Below are positions 1-15,000 of a stretch of DNA of 64,000 bases, one piece after another. The stretch spans positions 248,001 through 312,000 of the forward strand of contig JAJCTO010000013.1 of NCBI GenBank assembly GCA_046563655.1. Direction: 5' to 3'. Position 1 is the stretch's first letter, and each line of letters begins with the position of its first letter. Both the position numbers and the translations under genes were made by a program. This DNA is from Yuukianura sp. NJ FZ-2021 (lineage: Eukaryota). Below the pieces are notes generated by a model. That model had not been told where the DNA came from and ran no database searches. It was given only the letters and a program-made list of their open reading frames with translations.

Positions 1-3000
1 CGGCAATGGAACTTCAGGGGAAATCCCATTATTACATTGTCTAAATCAAAATGAAACATTCCGCATTATTTGTTATCTTGATTAGAATTTTTAGGAAATA
101 ATTTTTTATGTCATACTACCACCTTGCACTTCCAATAAAGCACACCTGAATAACTGGTGTTCAACAATAATCTGGAATTATATTTTAGCCCAACTCCACT
201 ATGCAACAAGTGCATAAATCTAACTGTCATTTTGGTATAAACTAATGTGGGAACTATACAACGAAGTTTTAAACATACTGAAAAATGGAATTTATGCCTT
301 GTTATCGCTTCTAACCATCTTCATGGAACGCATCTAATACCGGTCCACTTTGTCGTAGTGCATCAACGACTATTACACACGGTAAACCACTTGTTGTCAG
401 CCTTCATCTTTGAGCACAAAGGAGAAGTGCCGGTGAAATGACAAGCTCGTCCTCACTACAGATACCAACCAGTACTCATTTTGACACTATGAATCACAAT
501 GACTCAGACGGCAATGGAACTTCAGGGGAAATCCCATTATTACATTGTCTAAATCAAAATGAAACATTCCGCATTATTTGTTATCTTGATTAGAATTTTT
601 AGGAAATAATTTTTTATGTCGTACAACCACCCTGCACTTCCAATAAAGCACACCTGAATAACTGGTGTTCAACAATAATCTGGAATTATATTTTAGCCCA
701 ACTCCACTATGCAACAAGTGCATAAATCTAACTGTCATTTTGGTATAAACTAATGTGGGAACTATACAACGAAGTTTTAAACATACTGAAAAATGGAATT
801 TATGCCTTGTTATCGCTTCTAACCATCTTCATGGAACGCATCTAATACCGGTCCACTTTGTCGTAGTGCATCAACGACTATTACACACGGTGAACCACTT
901 GTTGTCAGCCTTCATCTTTGAGCACAAAGGAGAAGTGCCGGTGAAATGACAAGCTCGTCCTCACTACAGATACCAACCAGTACTCATTTTGACACTATGA
1001 ATCACAATGACTCAGACGGCAATGGAACTTCAGGGGAAATCCCATTATTACATTGTCTAAATCAAAATGAAACATTCCGCATTATTTGTTATCTTGATTA
1101 GAATTTTTAGGAAATAATTTTTTATGTCATACTACCACCTTGCACTTCCAATAAAGCACACCTGAATAACTGGTGTTCAACAATAATCTGGAATTATATT
1201 TTAGCCCAACTCCACTATGCAACAAGTGCATAAATCTAACTGTCATTTTGGTATAAACTAATGTGGGAACTATACAACGAAGTTTTAAACATACTGAAAA
1301 ATGGAATTTATGCCTTGTTATCGCTTCTAACCATCTTCATGGAACGCATCTAATACCGGTCCACTTTGTCGTAGTGCATCAACGACTATTACACACGGTG
1401 AACCACTTGTTGTCAGCCTTCATCTTTGAGCACAAAGGAGAAGTGCCGGTGAAATGACAAGCTCGTCCTCACTACAGATACCAACCAGTACTCATTTTGA
1501 CACTATGAATCACAATGACTCAGACGGCAATGGAACTTCAAGGGAAATCCCATTATTACATTGTCTAAATCAAAATGAAACATTCCGCATTATTTGTTAT
1601 CTTGATTAGAATTTTTAGGAAATAATTTTTTATGTCATACTACCACCTTGCACTTCCAATAAAGCACAACTGAATAACTGGTGTTCAACAATAATCTGGA
1701 ATTATATTTTAGCCCAACTCCACTATGCAACAAGTGCATAAATCTAACTGTCATTTTGGTATAAACTAATGTGGGAACTATACAACGAAGTTTTAAACAT
1801 ACTGAAAAATGGAATTTATGCCTTGTTATCGCTTCTAACCATCTTCATGGAACGCATCTAATACCGGTCCACTTTGTCGTAGTGCATCAACGACTATTAC
1901 ACACGGTAAACCACTTGTTGTCAGCCTTCATCTTTGAGCACAAAGGAGAAGTGCCGGTGAAATGACAAGCTCGTCCTCACTACAGATACCAACCAGTACT
2001 CATTTTGACACTATGAATCACAATGACTCAGACGGCAATGGAACTTCAGGGGAAATCCCATTATTACATTGTCTAAATCAAAATGAAACATTCCGCATTA
2101 TTTGTTATCTTGATTAGAATTTTTAGGAAATAATTTTTTATGTCATACTACCACCTTGCACTTCCAATAAAGCACACCTGAATAACTGGTGTTCAACAAT
2201 AATCTGGAATTATATTTTAGCCCAACTCCACTATGCAACAAGTGCATAAATCTAACTGTCATTTTGGTATAAACTAATGTGGGAACTATACAACGAAGTT
2301 TTAAACATACTGAAAAATGGAATTTATGCCTTGTTATCGCTTCTAACCATCTTCATGGAACGCATCTAATACCGGTCCACTTTGTCGTAGTGCATCAACG
2401 ACTATTACACACGGTGAACCACTTGTTGTCAGCCTTCATCTTTGAGCACAAAGGAGAAGTGCCGGTGAAATGACAAGCTCGTCCTCACTACAGATACCAA
2501 CCAGTACTCATTTTGACACTATGAATCACAATGACTCAGACGGCAATGGAACTTCAGGGAAATCCCATTATTACATTGTCTAAATCAAAATGAAACATTC
2601 CGCATTATTTGTTATCTTGATTAGAATTTTTAGGAAATAATTTTTTATGTCATACTACCACCTTGCACTTCCAATAAAGCACAACTGAATAACTGGTGTT
2701 CAACAATAATCTGGAATTATATTTTAGCCCAACTCCACTATGCAACAAGTGCATAAATCTAACTGTCATTTTGGTATAAACTAATGTGGGAACTATACAA
2801 CGAAGTTTTAAACATACTGAAAAATGGAATTTATGCCTTGTTATCGCTTCTAACCATCTTCATGGAACGCATCTAATACCGGTCCACTTTGTCGTAGTGC
2901 ATCAACGACTATTACACACGGTAAACCACTTGTTGTCAGCCTTCATCTTTGAGCACAAAGGAGAAGTGCCGGTGAAATGACAAGCTCGTCCTCACTACAG

Positions 3001-6000
3001 ATACCAACCAGTACTCATTTTGACACTATGAATCACAATGACTCAGACGGCAATGGAACTTCAGGGAAATCCCATTATTACATTGTCTAAATCAAAATGA
3101 AACATTCCGCATTATTTGTTATCTTGATTAGAATTTTTAGGAAATAATTTTTTATGTCATACTACCACCTTGCACTTCCAATAAAGCACAACTGAATAAC
3201 TGGTGTTCAACAATAATCTGGAATTATATTTTAGCCCAACTCCACTATGCAACAAGTGCATAAATCTAACTGTCATTTTGGTATAAACTAATGTGGGAAC
3301 TATACAACGAAGTTTTAAACATACTGAAAAATGGAATTTATGCCTTGTTATCGCTTCTAACCATCTTCATGGAACGCATCTAATACCGGTCCACTTTGTC
3401 GTAGTGCATCAACGACTATTACACACGGTGAACCACTTGTTGTCAGCCTTCATCTTTGAGCACAAAGGAGAAGTGCCGGTGAAATGACAAGCTCGTCCTC
3501 ACTACAGATACCAACCAGTACTCATTTTGACACTATGAATCACAATGACTCAGACGGCAATGGAACTTCAGGGAAATCCCATTATTACATTGTCTAAATC
3601 AAAATGAAACATTCCGCATTATTTGTTATCTTGATTAGAATTTTTAGGAAATAATTTTTTATGTCATACTACCACCTTGCACTTCCAATAAAGCACACCT
3701 GAATAACTGGTGTTCAACAATAATCTGGAATTATATTTTAGCCCAACTCCACTATGCAACAAGTGCATAAATCTAACTGTCATTTTGGTATAAACTAATG
3801 TGGGAACTATACAACGAAGTTTTAAACATACTGAAAAATGGAATTTATGCCTTGTTATCGCTTCTAACCATCTTCATGGAACGCATCTAATACCGGTCCA
3901 CTTTGTCGTAGTGCATCAACGACTATTACACACGGTGAACCACTTGTTGTCAGCCTTCATCTTTGAGCACAAAGGAGAAGTGCCGGTGAAATGACAAGCT
4001 CGTCCTCACTACAGATACCAACCAGTACTCATTTTGACACTATGAATCACAATGACTCAGACGGCAATGGAACTTCAGGGGAAATCCCATTATTACATTG
4101 TCTAAATCAAAATGAAACATTCCGCATTATTTGTTATCTTGATTAGAATTTTTAGGAAATAATTTTTTATGTCATACTACCACCTTGCACTTCCAATAAA
4201 GCACACCTGAATAACTGGTGTTCAACAATAATCTGGAATTATATTTTAGCCCAACTCCACTATGCAACAAGTGCATAAATCTAACTGTCATTTTGGTATA
4301 AACTAATGTGGGAACTATACAACGAAGTTTTAAACATACTGAAAAATGGAATTTATGCCTTGTTATCGCTTCTAACCATCTTCATGGAACGCATCTAATA
4401 CCGGTCCACTTTGTCGTAGTGCATCAACGACTATTACACACGGTAAACCACTTGTTGTCAGCCTTCATCTTTGAGCACAAAGGAGAAGTGCCGGTGAAAT
4501 GACAAGCTCGTCCTCACTACAGATACCAACCAGTACTCATTTTGACACTATGAATCACAATGACTCAGACGGCAATGGAACTTCAGGGGAAATCCCATTA
4601 TTACATTGTCTAAATCAAAATGAAACATTCCGCATTATTTGTTATCTTGATTAGAATTTTTAGGAAATAATTTTTTATGTCATACTACCACCTTGCACTT
4701 CCAATAAAGCACACCTGAATAACTGGTGTTCAACAATAATCTGGAATTATATTTTAGCCCAACTCCACTATGCAACAAGTGCATAAATCTAACTGTCATT
4801 TTGGTATAAACTAATGTGGGAACTATACAACGAAGTTTTAAACATACTGAAAAATGGAATTTATGCCTTGTTATCGCTTCTAACCATCTTCATGGAACGC
4901 ATCTAATACCGGTCCACTTTGTCGTAGTGCATCAACGACTATTACACACGGTGAACCACTTGTTGTCAGCCTTCATCTTTGAGCACAAAGGAGAAGTGCC
5001 GGTGAAATGACAAGCTCGTCCTCACTACAGATACCAACCAGTACTCATTTTGACACTATGAATCACAATGACTCAGACGGCAATGGAACTTCAGGGGAAA
5101 TCCCATTATTACATTGTCTAAATCAAAATGAAACATTCCGCATTATTTGTTATCTTGATTAGAATTTTTAGGAAATAATTTTTTATGTCATACTACCACC
5201 TTGCACTTCCAATAAAGCACAACTGAATAACTGGTGTTCAACAATAATCTGGAATTATATTTTAGCCCAACTCCACTATGCAACAAGTGCATAAATCTAA
5301 CTGTCATTTTGGTATAAACTAATGTGGGAACTATACAACGAAGTTTTAAACATACTGAAAAATGGAATTTATGCCTTGTTATCGCTTTTAACCATCTTCA
5401 TGGAACGCATCTAATACCGGTCCACTTTGTCGTAGTGCATCAACGACTATTACACACGGTAAACCACTTGTTGTCAGCCTTCATCTTTGAGCACAAAGGA
5501 GAAGTGCCGGTGAAATGACAAGCTCGTCCTCACTACAGATACCAACCAGTACTCATTTTGACACTATGAATCACAATGACTCAGACGGCAATGGAACTTC
5601 AGGGGAAATCCCATTATTACATTGTCTAAATCAAAATGAAACATTCCGCATTATTTGTTATCTTGATTAGAATTTTTAGGAAATAATTTTTTATGTCATA
5701 CTACCACCTTGCACTTCCAATAAAGCACACCTGAATAACTGGTGTTCAACAATAATCTGGAATTATATTTTAGCCCAACTCCACTATGCAACAAGTGCAT
5801 AAATCTAACTGTCATTTTGGTATAAACTAATGTGGGAACTATACAACGAAGTTTTAAACATACTGAAAAATGGAATTTATGCCTTGTTATCGCTTCTAAC
5901 CATCTTCATGGAACGCATCTAATACCGGTCCACTTTGTCGTAGTGCATCAACGACTATTACACACGGTGAACCACTTGTTGTCAGCCTTCATCTTTGAGC

Positions 6001-9000
6001 ACAAAGGAGAAGTGCCGGTGAAATGACAAGCTCGTCCTCACTACAGATACCAACCAGTACTCATTTTGACACTATGAATCACAATGACTCAGACGGCAAT
6101 GGAACTTCAGGGAAATCCCATTATTACATTGTCTAAATCAAAATGAAACATTCCGCATTATTTGTTATCTTGATTAGAATTTTTCGGAAATAATTTTTGA
6201 TGTCATACTACCACCTTGCACTTCCAATAAAGCACACCTGAATAACTGGTGTTCAACAATAATCTGGAATTATATTTTAGCCCAACTCCACTATGCAACA
6301 AGTGCATAAATCTAACTGTCATTTTGGTATAAACTAATGTGGGAACTATACAACGAAGTTTTAAACATACTGAAAAATGGAATTTATGCCTTGTTATCGC
6401 TTTTAACCATCTTCATGGAACGCATCTAATACCGGTCCACTTTGTCGTAGTGCATCAACGACTATTACACACGGTAAACCACTTGTTGTCAGCCTTCATC
6501 TTTGAGCACAAAGGAGAAGTGCCGGTGAAATGACAAGCTCGTCCTCACTACAGATACCAACCAGTACTCATTTTGACACTATGAATCACAATGACTCAGA
6601 CGGCAATGGAACTTCAGGGAAATCCCATTATTACATTGTCTAAATCAAAATGAAACATTCCGCATTATTTGTTATCTTGATTAGAATTTTTAGGAAATAA
6701 TTTTTTATGTCATACTACCACCTTGCACTTCCAATAAAGCACACCTGAATAACTGGTGTTCAACAATAATCTGGAATTATATTTTAGCCCAACTCCACTA
6801 TGCAACAAGTGCATAAATCTAACTGTCATTTTGGTATAAACTAATGTGGGAACTATACAACGAAGTTTTAAACATACTGAAAAATGGAATTTATGCCTTG
6901 TTATCGCTTATAACCATCTTCATGGAACGCATCTAATACCGGTCCACTTTGTCGTAGTGCATCAACGACTATTACACACGGTAAACCACTTGTTGTCAGC
7001 CTTCATCTTTGAGCACAAAGGAGAAGTGCCGGTGAAATGACAAGCTCGTCCTCACTACAGATACCAACCAGTACTCATTTTGACACTATGAATCACAATG
7101 ACTCAGACGGCAATGGAACTTCAGGGGAAATCCCATTATTACATTGTCTAAATCAAAATGAAACATTCCGCATTATTTGTTATCTTGATTAGAATTTTTA
7201 GGAAATAATTTTTTATGTCATACTACCACCTTGCACTTCCAATAAAGCACAACTGAATAACTGGTGTTCAACAATAATCTGGAATTATATTTTAGCCCAA
7301 CTCCACTATGCAACAAGTGCATAAATCTAACTGTCATTTTGGTATAAACTAATGTGGGAACTATACAACGAAGTTTTAAACATACTGAAAAATGGAATTT
7401 ATGCCTTGTTATCGCTTCTAACCATCTTCATGGAACGCATCTAATACCGGTCCACTTTGTCGTAGTGCATCAACGACTATTACACACGGTAAACCACTTG
7501 TTGTCAGCCTTCATCTTTGAGCACAAAGGAGAAGTGCCGGTGAAATGACAAGCTCGTCCTCACTACAGATACCAACCAGTACTCATTTTGACACTATGAA
7601 TCACAATGACTCAGACGGCAATGGAACTTCAGGGAAATCCCATTATTACATTGTCTAAATCAAAATGAAACATTCCGCATTATTTGTTATCTTGATTAGA
7701 ATTTTTAGGAAATAATTTTTTATGTCATACTACCACCTTGCACTTCCAATAAAGCACAACTGAATAACTGGTGTTCAACAATAATCTGGAATTATATTTT
7801 AGCCCAACTCCACTATGCAACAAGTGCATAAATCTAACTGTCATTTTGGTATAAACTAATGTGGGAACTATACAACGAAGTTTTAAACATACTGAAAAAT
7901 GGAATTTATGCCTTGTTATCGCTTCTAACCATCTTCATGGAACGCATCTAATACCGGTCCACTTTGTCGTAGTGCATCAACGACTATTACACACGGTAAA
8001 CCACTTGTTGTCAGCCTTCATCTTTGAGCACAAAGGAGAAGTGCCGGTGAAATGACAAGCTCGTCCTCACTACAGATACCAACCAGTACTCATTTTGACA
8101 CTATGAATCACAATGACTCAGACGGCAATGGAACTTCAGGGGAAATCCCATTATTACATTGTCTAAATCAAAATGAAACATTCCGCATTATTTGTTATCT
8201 TGATTAGAATTTTTAGGAAATAATTTTTTATGTCATACTACCACCTTGCACTTCCAATAAAGCACAACTGAATAACTGGTGTTCAACAATAATCTGGAAT
8301 TATATTTTAGCCCAACTCCACTATGCAACAAGTGCATAAATCTAACTGTCATTTTGGTATAAACTAATGTGGGAACTATACAACGAAGTTTTAAACATAC
8401 TGAAAAATGGAATTTATGCCTTGTTATCGCTTCTAACCATCTTCATGGAACGCATCTAATACCGGTCCACTTTGTCGTAGTGCATCAACGACTATTACAC
8501 ACGGTGAACCACTTGTTGTCAGCCTTCATCTTTGAGCACAAAGGAGAAGTGCCGGTGAAATGACAAGCTCGTCCTCACTACAGATACCAACCAGTACTCA
8601 TTTTGACACTATGAATCACAATGACTCAGACGGCAATGGAACTTCAGCGGAAATCCCATTATTACATTGTCTAAATCAAAATGAAACATTCCGCATTATT
8701 TGTTATCTTGATTAAGAATTTTTAGGAAATAATTTTTTATGTCATACTACCACCTTGCACTTCCAATAAAGCACACCTGAATAACTGGTGTTCAACAATA
8801 ATCTGGAATTATATTTTAGCCCAACTCCACTATGCAACAAGTGCATAAATCTAACTGTCATTTTGGTATAAACTAATGTGGGAACTATACAACGAAGTTT
8901 TAAACATACTGAAAAATGGAATTTATGCCTTGTTATCGCTTCTAACCATCTTCATGGAACGCATCTAATACCGGTCCACTTTGTCGTAGTGCATCAACGA

Positions 9001-12000
9001 CTATTACACACGGTAAACCACTTGTTGTCAGCCTTCATCTTTGAGCACAAAGGAGAAGTGCCGGTGAAATGACAAGCTCGTCCTCACTACAGATACCAAC
9101 CAGTACTCATTTTGACACTATGAATCACAATGACTCAGACGGCAATGGAACTTCAGGGGAAATCCCATTATTACATTGTCTAAATCAAAATGAAACATTC
9201 CGCATTATTTGTTATCTTGATTAGAATTTTTAGGAAATAATTTTTTATGTCATACTACCACCTTGCACTTCCAATAAAGCACACCTGAATAACTGGTGTT
9301 CAACAATAATCTGGAATTATATTTTAGCCCAACTCCACTATGCAACAAGTGCATAAATCTAACTGTCATTTTGGTATAAACTAATGTGGGAACTATACAA
9401 CGAAGTTTTAAACATACTGAAAAATGGAATTTATGCCTTGTTATCGCTTCTAACCATCTTCATGGAACGCATCTAATACCGGTCCACTTTGTCGTAGTGC
9501 ATCAACGACTATTACACACGGTAAACCACTTGTTGTCAGCCTTCATCTTTGAGCACAAAGGAGAAGTGCCGGTGAAATGACAAGCTCGTCCTCACTACAG
9601 ATACCAACCAGTACTCATTTTGACACTATGAATCACAATGACTCAGACGGCAATGGAACTTCAGGGGAAATCCCATTATTACATTGTCTAAATCAAAATG
9701 AAACATTCCGCATTATTTGTTATCTTGATTAGAATTTTTAGGAAATAATTTTTTATGTCGTACAACCACCCTGCACTTCCAATAAAGCACACCTGAATAA
9801 CTGGTGTTCAACAATAATCTGGAATTATATTTTAGCCCAACTCCACTATGCAACAAGTGCATAAATCTAACTGTCATTTTGGTATAAACTAATGTGGGAA
9901 CTATACAACGAAGTTTTAAACATACTGAAAAATGGAATTTATGCCTTGTTATCGCTTCTAACCATCTTCATGGAACGCATCTAATACCGGTCCACTTTGT
10001 CGTAGTGCATCAACGACTATTACACACGGTGAACCACTTGTTGTCAGCCTTCATCTTTGAGCACAAAGGAGAAGTGCCGGTGAAATGACAAGCTCGTCCT
10101 CACTACAGATACCAACCAGTACTCATTTTGACACTATGAATCACAATGACTCAGACGGCAATGGAACTTCAGGGAAATCCCATTATTACATTGTCTAAAT
10201 CAAAATGAAACATTCCGCATTATTTGTTATCTTGATTAGAATTTTTAGGAAATAATTTTTTATGTCATACTACCACCTTGCACTTCCAATAAAGCACACC
10301 TGAATAACTGGTGTTCAACAATAATCTGGAATTATATTTTAGCCCAACTCCACTATGCAACAAGTGCATAAATCTAACTGTCATTTTGGTATAAACTAAT
10401 GTGGGAACTATACAACGAAGTTTTAAACATACTGAAAAATGGAATTTATGCCTTGTTATCGCTTCTAACCATCTTCATGGAACGCATCTAATACCGGTCC
10501 ACTTTGTCGTAGTGCATCAACGACTATTACACACGGTAAACCACTTGTTGTCAGCCTTCATCTTTGAGCACAAAGGAGAAGTGCCGGTGAAATGACAAGC
10601 TCGTCCTCACTACAGATACCAACCAGTACTCATTTTGACACTATGAATCACAATGACTCAGACGGCAATGGAACTTCAGGGAAATCCCATTATTACATTG
10701 TCTAAATCAAAATGAAACATTCCGCATTATTTGTTATCTTGATTAGAATTTTTAGGAAATAATTTTTTATGTCATACTACCACCTTGCACTTCCAATAAA
10801 GCACACCTGAATAACTGGTGTTCAACAATAATCTGGAATTATATTTTAGCCCAACTCCACTATGCAACAAGTGCATAAATCTAACTGTCATTTTGGTATA
10901 AACTAATGTGGGAACTATACAACGAAGTTTTAAACATACTGAAAAATGGAATTTATGCCTTGTTATCGCTTCTAACCATCTTCATGGAACGCATCTAATA
11001 CCGGTCCACTTTGTCGTAGTGCATCAACGACTATTACACACGGTAAACCACTTGTTGTCAGCCTTCATCTTTGAGCACAAAGGAGAAGTGCCGGTGAAAT
11101 GACAAGCTCGTCCTCACTACAGATACCAACCAGTACTCATTTTGACACTATGAATCACAATGACTCAGACGGCAATGGAACTTCAGGGGAAATCCCATTA
11201 TTACATTGTCTAAATCAAAATGAAACATTCCGCATTATTTGTTATCTTGATTAGAATTTTTAGGAAATAATTTTTTATGTCGTACAACCACCCTGCACTT
11301 CCAATAAAGCACACCTGAATAACTGGTGTTCAACAATAATCTGGAATTATATTTTAGCCCAACTCCACTATGCAACAAGTGCATAAATCTAACTGTCATT
11401 TTGGTATAAACTAATGTGGGAACTATACAACGAAGTTTTAAACATACTGAAAAATGGAATTTATGCCTTGTTATCGCTTTTAACCATCTTCATGGAACGC
11501 ATCTAATACCGGTCCACTTTGTCGTAGTGCATCAACGACTATTACACACGGTAAACCACTTGTTGTCAGCCTTCATCTTTGAGCACAAAGGAGAAGTGCC
11601 GGTGAAATGACAAGCTCGTCCTCACTACAGATACCAACCAGTACTCATTTTGACACTATGAATCACAATGACTCAGACGGCAATGGAACTTCAGGGGAAA
11701 TCCCATTATTACATTGTCTAAATCAAAATGAAACATTCCGCATTATTTGTTATCTTGATTAGAATTTTTAGGAAATAATTTTTTATGTCATACTACCACC
11801 TTGCACTTCCAATAAAGCACAACTGAATAACTGGTGTTCAACAATAATCTGGAATTATATTTTAGCCCAACTCCACTATGCAACAAGTGCATAAATCTAA
11901 CTGTCATTTTGGTATAAACTAATGTGGGAACTATACAACGAAGTTTTAAACATACTGAAAAATGGAATTTATGCCTTGTTATCGCTTCTAACCATCTTCA

Positions 12001-15000
12001 TGGAACGCATCTAATACCGGTCCACTTTGTCGTAGTGCATCAACGACTATTACACACGGTAAACCACTTGTTGTCAGCCTTCATCTTTGAGCACAAAGGA
12101 GAAGTGCCGGTGAAATGACAAGCTCGTCCTCACTACAGATACCAACCAGTACTCATTTTGACACTATGAATCACAATGACTCAGACGGCAATGGAACTTC
12201 AATGGAAATCCCATTATTACATTGTCTAAATCAAAATGAAACATTCCGCATTATTTGTTATCTTGATTAGAATTTTTAGGAAATAATTTTTTATGTCATA
12301 CTACCACCTTGCACTTCCAATAAAGCACAACTGAATAACTGGTGTTCAACAATAATCTGGAATTATATTTTAGCCCAACTCCACTATGCAACAAGTGCAT
12401 AAATCTAACTGTCATTTTGGTATAAACTAATGTGGGAACTATACAACGAAGTTTTAAACATACTGAAAAATGGAATTTATGCCTTGTTATCGCTTCTAAC
12501 CATCTTCATGGAACGCATCTAATACCGGTCCACTTTGTCGTAGTGCATCAACGACTATTACACACGGTAAACCACTTGTTGTCAGCCTTCATCTTTGAGC
12601 ACAAAGGAGAAGTGCCGGTGAAATGACAAGCTCGTCCTCACTACAGATACCAACCAGTACTCATTTTGACACTATGAATCACAATGACTCAGACGGCAAT
12701 GGAACTTCAGGGGAAATCCCATTATTACATTGTCTAAATCAAAATGAAACATTCCGCATTATTTGTTATCTTGATTAGAATTTTTAGGAAATAATTTTTT
12801 ATGTCATACTACCACCTTGCACTTCCAATAAAGCACACCTGAATAACTGGTGTTCAACAATAATCTGGAATTATATTTTAGCCCAACTCCACTATGCAAC
12901 AAGTGCATAAATCTAACTGTCATTTTGATATAAACTAATGTGGGAACTATACAACGAAGTTTTAAACATACTGAAAAATGGAATTTATGCCTTGTTATCG
13001 CTTTTAACCATCTTCATGGAACGCATCTAATACCGTTCCACTTTGTCGTAGTGCATCAACGACTATTACACACGGTAAACCACTTGTTGTCAGCCTTCAT
13101 CTTTGAGCACAAAGGAGAAGTGCCGGTGAAATGACAAGCTCGTCCTCACTACAGATACCAACCAGTACTCATTTTGACACTATGAATCACAATGACTCAG
13201 ACGGCAATGGAACTTCAGGGGAAATCCCATTATTACATTGTCTAAATCAAAATGAAACATTCCGCATTATTTGTTATCTTGATTAGAATTTTTAGGAAAT
13301 AATTTTTTATGTCATACTACCACCTTGCACTTCCAATAAAGCACACCTGAATAACTGGTGTTCAACAATAATCTGGAATTATATTTTAGCCCAACTCCAC
13401 TATGCAACAAGTGCATAAATCTAACTGTCATTTTGGTATAAACTAATGTGGGAACTATACAACGAAGTTTTAAACATACTGAAAAATGGAATTTATGCCT
13501 TGTTATCGCTTCTAACCATCTTCATGGAACGCATCTAATACCGGTCCACTTTGTCGTAGTGCATCAACGACTATTACACACGGTAAACCACTTGTTGTCA
13601 GCCTTCATCTTTGAGCACAAAGGAGAAGTGCCGGTGAAATGACAAGCTCGTCCTCACTACAGATACCAACCAGTACTCATTTTGACACTATGAATCACAA
13701 TGACTCAGACGGCAATGGAACTTCAGGGGAAATCCCATTATTACATTGTCTAAATCAAAATGAAACATTCCGCATTATTTGTTATCTTGATTAGAATTTT
13801 TAGGAAATAATTTTTTATGTCGTACAACCACCCTGCACTTCCAATAAAGCACACCTGAATAACTGGTGTTCAACAATAATCTGGAATTATATTTTAGCCC
13901 AACTCCACTATGCAACAAGTGCATAAATCTAACTGTCATTTTGGTATAAACTAATGTGGGAACTATACAACGAAGTTTTAAACATACTGAAAAATGGAAT
14001 TTATGCCTTGTTATCGCTTCTAACCATCTTCATGGAACGCATCTAATGCCGGTCCACTTTGTCGTAGTGCATCAACGACTATTACACACGGTGAACCACT
14101 TGTTGTCAGCCTTCATCTTTGAGCACAAAGGAGAAGTGCCGGTGAAATGACAAGCTCGTCCTCACTACAGATACCAACCAGTACTCATTTTGACACTATG
14201 AATCACAATGACTCAGACGGCAATGGAACTTCAGGGAAATCCCATTATTACATTGTCTAAATCAAAATGAAACATTCCGCATTATTTGTTATCTTGATTA
14301 GAATTTTTAGGAAATAATTTTTTATGTCATACTACCACCTTGCACTTCCAATAAAGCACACCTGAATAACTGGTGTTCAACAATAATCTGGAATTATATT
14401 TTAGCCCAACTCCACTATGCAACAAGTGCATAAATCTAACTGTCATTTTGGTATAAACTAATGTGGGAACTATACAACGAAGTTTTAAACATACTGAAAA
14501 ATGGAATTTATGCCTTGTTATCGCTTCTAACCATCTTCATGGAACGCATCTAATACCGGTCCACTTTGTCGTAGTGCATCAACGACTATTACACACGGTA
14601 AACCACTTGTTGTCAGCCTTCATCTTTGAGCACAAAGGAGAAGTGCCGGTGAAATGACAAGCTCGCCCTCAATACAGAAACGAACCAGTACTCATTTTGA
14701 CACTATGAATCACAATGACTCCGACGGCAATGGAACTTCGGGGGATCCCATTATTACATTTTGTAAATCAAAATCGAACATTCCGCATTATTTGTTATTT
14801 TGATTAAAATTGTTAGGAAAGACTTTTTTATGTCATACTACCACCTTGTACTTCCAATAAAGCACACCTGAGTAACTGGTGTTCAACAATAATCTGGAAT
14901 TATATTTTAGCCCAACTCCACTATGCAACAAGTGCATAAATCTAACTGTCATTTTGGTATAAACTAATGTGGGAACTATACAACGAAGTTTTAAACATAC

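Noticed and set aside
304..312. ATCGCTTCT, identical to the 5' end of U2 snRNA
   Set aside because: Only 9 nt match, the downstream sequence is unlike U2, and the site is variable among monomers.
247..441. 64-aa ORF repeated in almost every monomer
   Set aside because: It has a GTG start in a eukaryotic context and no recognisable domain. Variants between copies are often non-synonymous or remove the stop. It is a by-product of the satellite.
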